From an uncultured Chloroflexia bacterium (GTDB lineage Bacteria > Chloroflexota > Limnocylindria > Limnocylindrales > CSP1-4), in the NCBI GenBank assembly GCA_963712745.1, contig CAVQJC010000020.1:224001-288000 (forward strand): a stretch of 64,000 nt of DNA, in the 5' to 3' direction. The notes beneath the pieces are model-generated. The model was given only the letters and a program-made list of their open reading frames with translations. It ran no database searches and was not told where the DNA came from. The first letter of the stretch is position 1; the number at the start of each line of letters is the position of its first letter. Positions 61,871-64,000 of the stretch are shown piece by piece. The position numbers and the translations under genes are program-made.

Positions 61871-62533
61871 TTGGCCCATTCATCGCGGACCTGGACCGGC
61901 GCACGCACGCCTTCGGCCCTCAAGCGCGTCCGTCAGTCGCACCGTCGCAACGCCATCCTGCAGCCTCGGCGCACCGCCGCCAAGACGAAGGTCAAGGGCG
62001 CACTCGAGGCCGCAGCGGGCGGTGATGCCGAGGCGACCCGTAAGGCCGTGGCCGAAGCCGCCGCCGCGCTCGATCGCGCAGCCAAGTCCGGCGCCATCCA
62101 TCCCAACAACGCCGCTCGTCGCAAGAGTCGTCTGATGCTTCGCGCCAACGCTGCACTCGGTGGAGAGTCGCTGTCGGCGGCCAGCAAGCCGCAGCGCCAG
62201 GTCTCCAAGGCTGCCGCGGCCAAGGCTGCCAAGGCCCGCATCGCCGCCAGCAAGGCCTCCAAGGCCAAGGGCGAGCAGACGGCCGCCGGCAAGGCCCGCG
62301 CCGCCCTGAGCAAGTCCGCGCGAACCTCGGACACCCAGAAGACCACAGCCAAGTCGAGTACCGCCAAGTCGAGTACCGCCAAGTCGAGCGGCACCAAGTC
62401 GTCCGCGGCCAAGAAGACCCCTGCCAAGTCGAGCACGACCAAGGCCAAGTCCACAGCTGCCAAGAAGACGACGGCCAAGGCCAAGTCGACGACCAAGAAG
62501 ACGACGGCCAAGAAGGCCGCCAAGGCGGAGTAG
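61871..62533 (+). CDS. rpsT: 30S ribosomal protein S20 with a long Lys/Ala/Ser/Thr-rich tail
   Basis: SALKRVRQ..RRN, LDRAAKSGAIHPNNAARRKSRL; divergent from lepA; GAGG RBS and TTG start. Confidence 0.9.
   Translation: MAHSSRTWTGARTPSALKRVRQSHRRNAILQPRRTAAKTKVKGALEAAAGGDAEATRKAVAEAAAALDRAAKSGAIHPNNAARRKSRLMLRANAALGGESLSAASKPQRQVSKAAAAKAAKARIAASKASKAKGEQTAAGKARAALSKSARTSDTQKTTAKSSTAKSSTAKSSGTKSSAAKKTPAKSSTTKAKSTAAKKTTAKAKSTTKKTTAKKAAKAE
62338..62525 (+). repeat. imperfect coding repeats (AKSST / AKKTT type) in the rpsT tail
   Basis: GCCAAGTCGAGTACC twice in tandem, plus variants such as AAGAAGACGACGGCCAAG twice. Confidence 0.8.
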
Positions 62534-62535
62534 GA

Positions 62536-62556
62536 AACGGGGGCCCCTCCCCCGTT
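62536..62556 (+). terminator. hairpin after rpsT
   Basis: AACGGGGG-cccct-CCCCCGTT just after the stop; weak U tract. Confidence 0.5.
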
Positions 62557-62790
62557 CTCAGCAGCTCGGAAGCGGCGGCTCGATCGGTCGAGACCGCCGC
62601 TTCTTCGTGCCCGCGACCGGGTGACTACTCGGTAGATGGCTCAGCTTGACCGTGACCGATGAAGGGATCAGCTCGCTGGTCGCTCGCCCTGACGACCGTG
62701 GAGGGTTTGCTTGCGGTCCTTGCTCGACTGGGTGTCGAGCAGGCGGTTGATCCTGGCTGGCGGCGCAGTCAGCCAAGCGGCGCGATGCGG

Positions 62791-63325
62791 CTACGGGGTG
62801 GGCGGCTCGACGGGGTCGGGCATGGCGGGCAACCCGTGCTCAAAGACGAGGCCCTGGAACTCGCCGAACTCAGCGGCCTGGTCGATGATGGCAGTCAGAC
62901 CAGCGTAGCCACCCTCGCCCTCGACGACCAACCGCATGTGCTCGTACGGCGCGCTGGTGACGTTCACGACCTCACCGACCCAGGCGCCTTCAACGTTCTG
63001 GAGCCTGGCAGTGCCGATGTAGACCCCGAACGCCTCCGGCGTACCGGGCTGCCCGAAGCCGTGACCGTTCTGGACCATCGCCCAGGTCCCGTCGAGGGCG
63101 CGGGTCGGTGGCATCCACGTCGAGGACCATCTGCCAATCGTCCAAGCGACCGTGGGGCGGTCCGGGCACCCAGTCCATGTCGTCTGCTTCAAGGAAGTCA
63201 ACGATGCTGGCTGAGAACGGGCCGCCTCCGGCCGGCTCTTCCTCATCCGCCACGACGGCACTGGCCACGCCGCCGAGGAGCACGACGACGCCCGCGGTCG
63301 CCAGCGTCACCTTCACCTTGCGCAT
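62791..63325 (-). CDS. secreted acidic protein of unknown function (frameshift near 63098)
   Basis: GGGGAG RBS; signal MRKVKVTLATAGVVVLLGGVASAVVA; continues DPR/LDGTW...EGEGGYAGLTA...GLVFEHGLPAMPDP. Confidence 0.65.
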
Positions 63326-63571
63326 GACATCTCCCCATCTTGCGCGGGCCGGGTTCGCCAGTGGCTCGGCGCAGGCCAGGCGGCCAACGTACGCGGGTCG
63401 CACCTCATCGCCTTCCGCTACCTGAGATTCTCTCGCGGCCGTCGATCGAGGCCTGCGACGCAGGGCCTACCGTCATGCATGGAAGGTGAGGACCGCTCAT
63501 CGCCGCCATGGCCACGCCCCCTGGAGGTGTCCGATCGTGGCCAAGGCACCCGCTGGTGCCGACGCCCGAGC

Positions 63572-64000
63572 CTACTCGGCTGCGATGCGCGCTTCGATCT
63601 CCTCGACCGAGGGCGCCGGGCGCCAGGCGCGCCAGGCCGCCGGTACGAGCGCTGCACCGAAGGTGAAGAGCGTCAGCATCAGCACCGTCTCGCCCTGCCA
63701 ACGCCAGACCGCGGCGGTGAAGGAGTCCGCGTCGGTGATGCCCTCCTCGATGAGGTCCTGCTCGTTGCCGTCGTCGAGGAAGCGCGCGTAGGTACACTCT
63801 GGCCCGGTCGCGCAGTCGAGCTGGCCGCCCATCGTCTCTGGGCGGTAGCCCGAGTCGGCGTAGATGAAGAGCAGGCGCAGGGCCACGTACATCAGCGCCA
63901 GGCTGATGCCGGTCACGGCCCCCGCGAAGGCGGCGTTGCTGAAGAGACGCCAGCGCGGACGCCAGCGCATCGACTTGTGGTTGGCATACCAGCCGATGGT
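63572..64000 (-). CDS. membrane protein, C-terminal part (runs off window)
   Basis: Open frame to the window edge; two TMs around an acidic loop with two Cys. Confidence 0.6.
   Translation of the reverse strand, partial: TIGWYANHKSMRWRPRWRLFSNAAFAGAVTGISLALMYVALRLLFIYADSGYRPETMGGQLDCATGPECTYARFLDDGNEQDLIEEGITDADSFTAAVWRWQGETVLMLTLFTFGAALVPAAWRAWRPAPSVEEIEARIAAE

Noticed and set aside
62338-62525. Short repeats as a CRISPR or mobile-element signature
   Set aside because: They are in-frame coding repeats without unique spacers. No cas, transposase or integrase genes are in the window.
62558-62776. 72-aa minus-strand ORF after rpsT
   Set aside because: No RBS, atypical codon usage and no motif.

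Overview
High-GC bacterial chromosome segment, mostly core genes on the minus strand. Chloroflexota is my tentative lineage call, inferred from a Firmicutes-like gene order, an HrcA/CIRCE-led dnaK operon and a DnaK carrying the diderm-type N-terminal insert. Left to right: ahcY (partial), a GNAT, a degenerate mtnA-like gene and apt; a CoxD/CoxE/XdhC-like maturation trio; three membrane-protein genes; mfd-pth; an ApbE flavinylation / di-heme membrane cytochrome cluster with two small anchored proteins and a divergent two-component system; ybeY, a 7TM-HD gene, yqeY and rpsU; an acyl-CoA ligase; HIT-prmA-dnaJ; an orphan OppF; DUF1028; a YcaQ-like glycosylase; a candidate structured sRNA; an ABC-2 exporter; a TetR-led menaquinone operon (menFDHBACE-X-menG, no menI); Rrf2; three tandem GT92/GT2-like genes directly behind dnaK; dnaK-grpE-hrcA with CIRCE; L-rhamnose isomerase; a VanY-type peptidase; hemW; a CPBP-like gene; lepA; and an rpsT with a histone-like tail. 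Many genes in the first ~15 kb are broken by single-base indels, which look like long-read assembly errors rather than real pseudogenes. I saw no rRNA, tRNA, CRISPR array or transposase. Best leads: an alpha/beta hydrolase as a candidate MenI substitute, the glycosyltransferase triplet in the heat-shock operon, the ApbE cluster with a non-canonical substrate, the promoter-driven ORF-less RNA, the MtnA pseudoenzyme and the S20-histone-tail fusion. All calls come from reading motifs by eye; no database searches were run.
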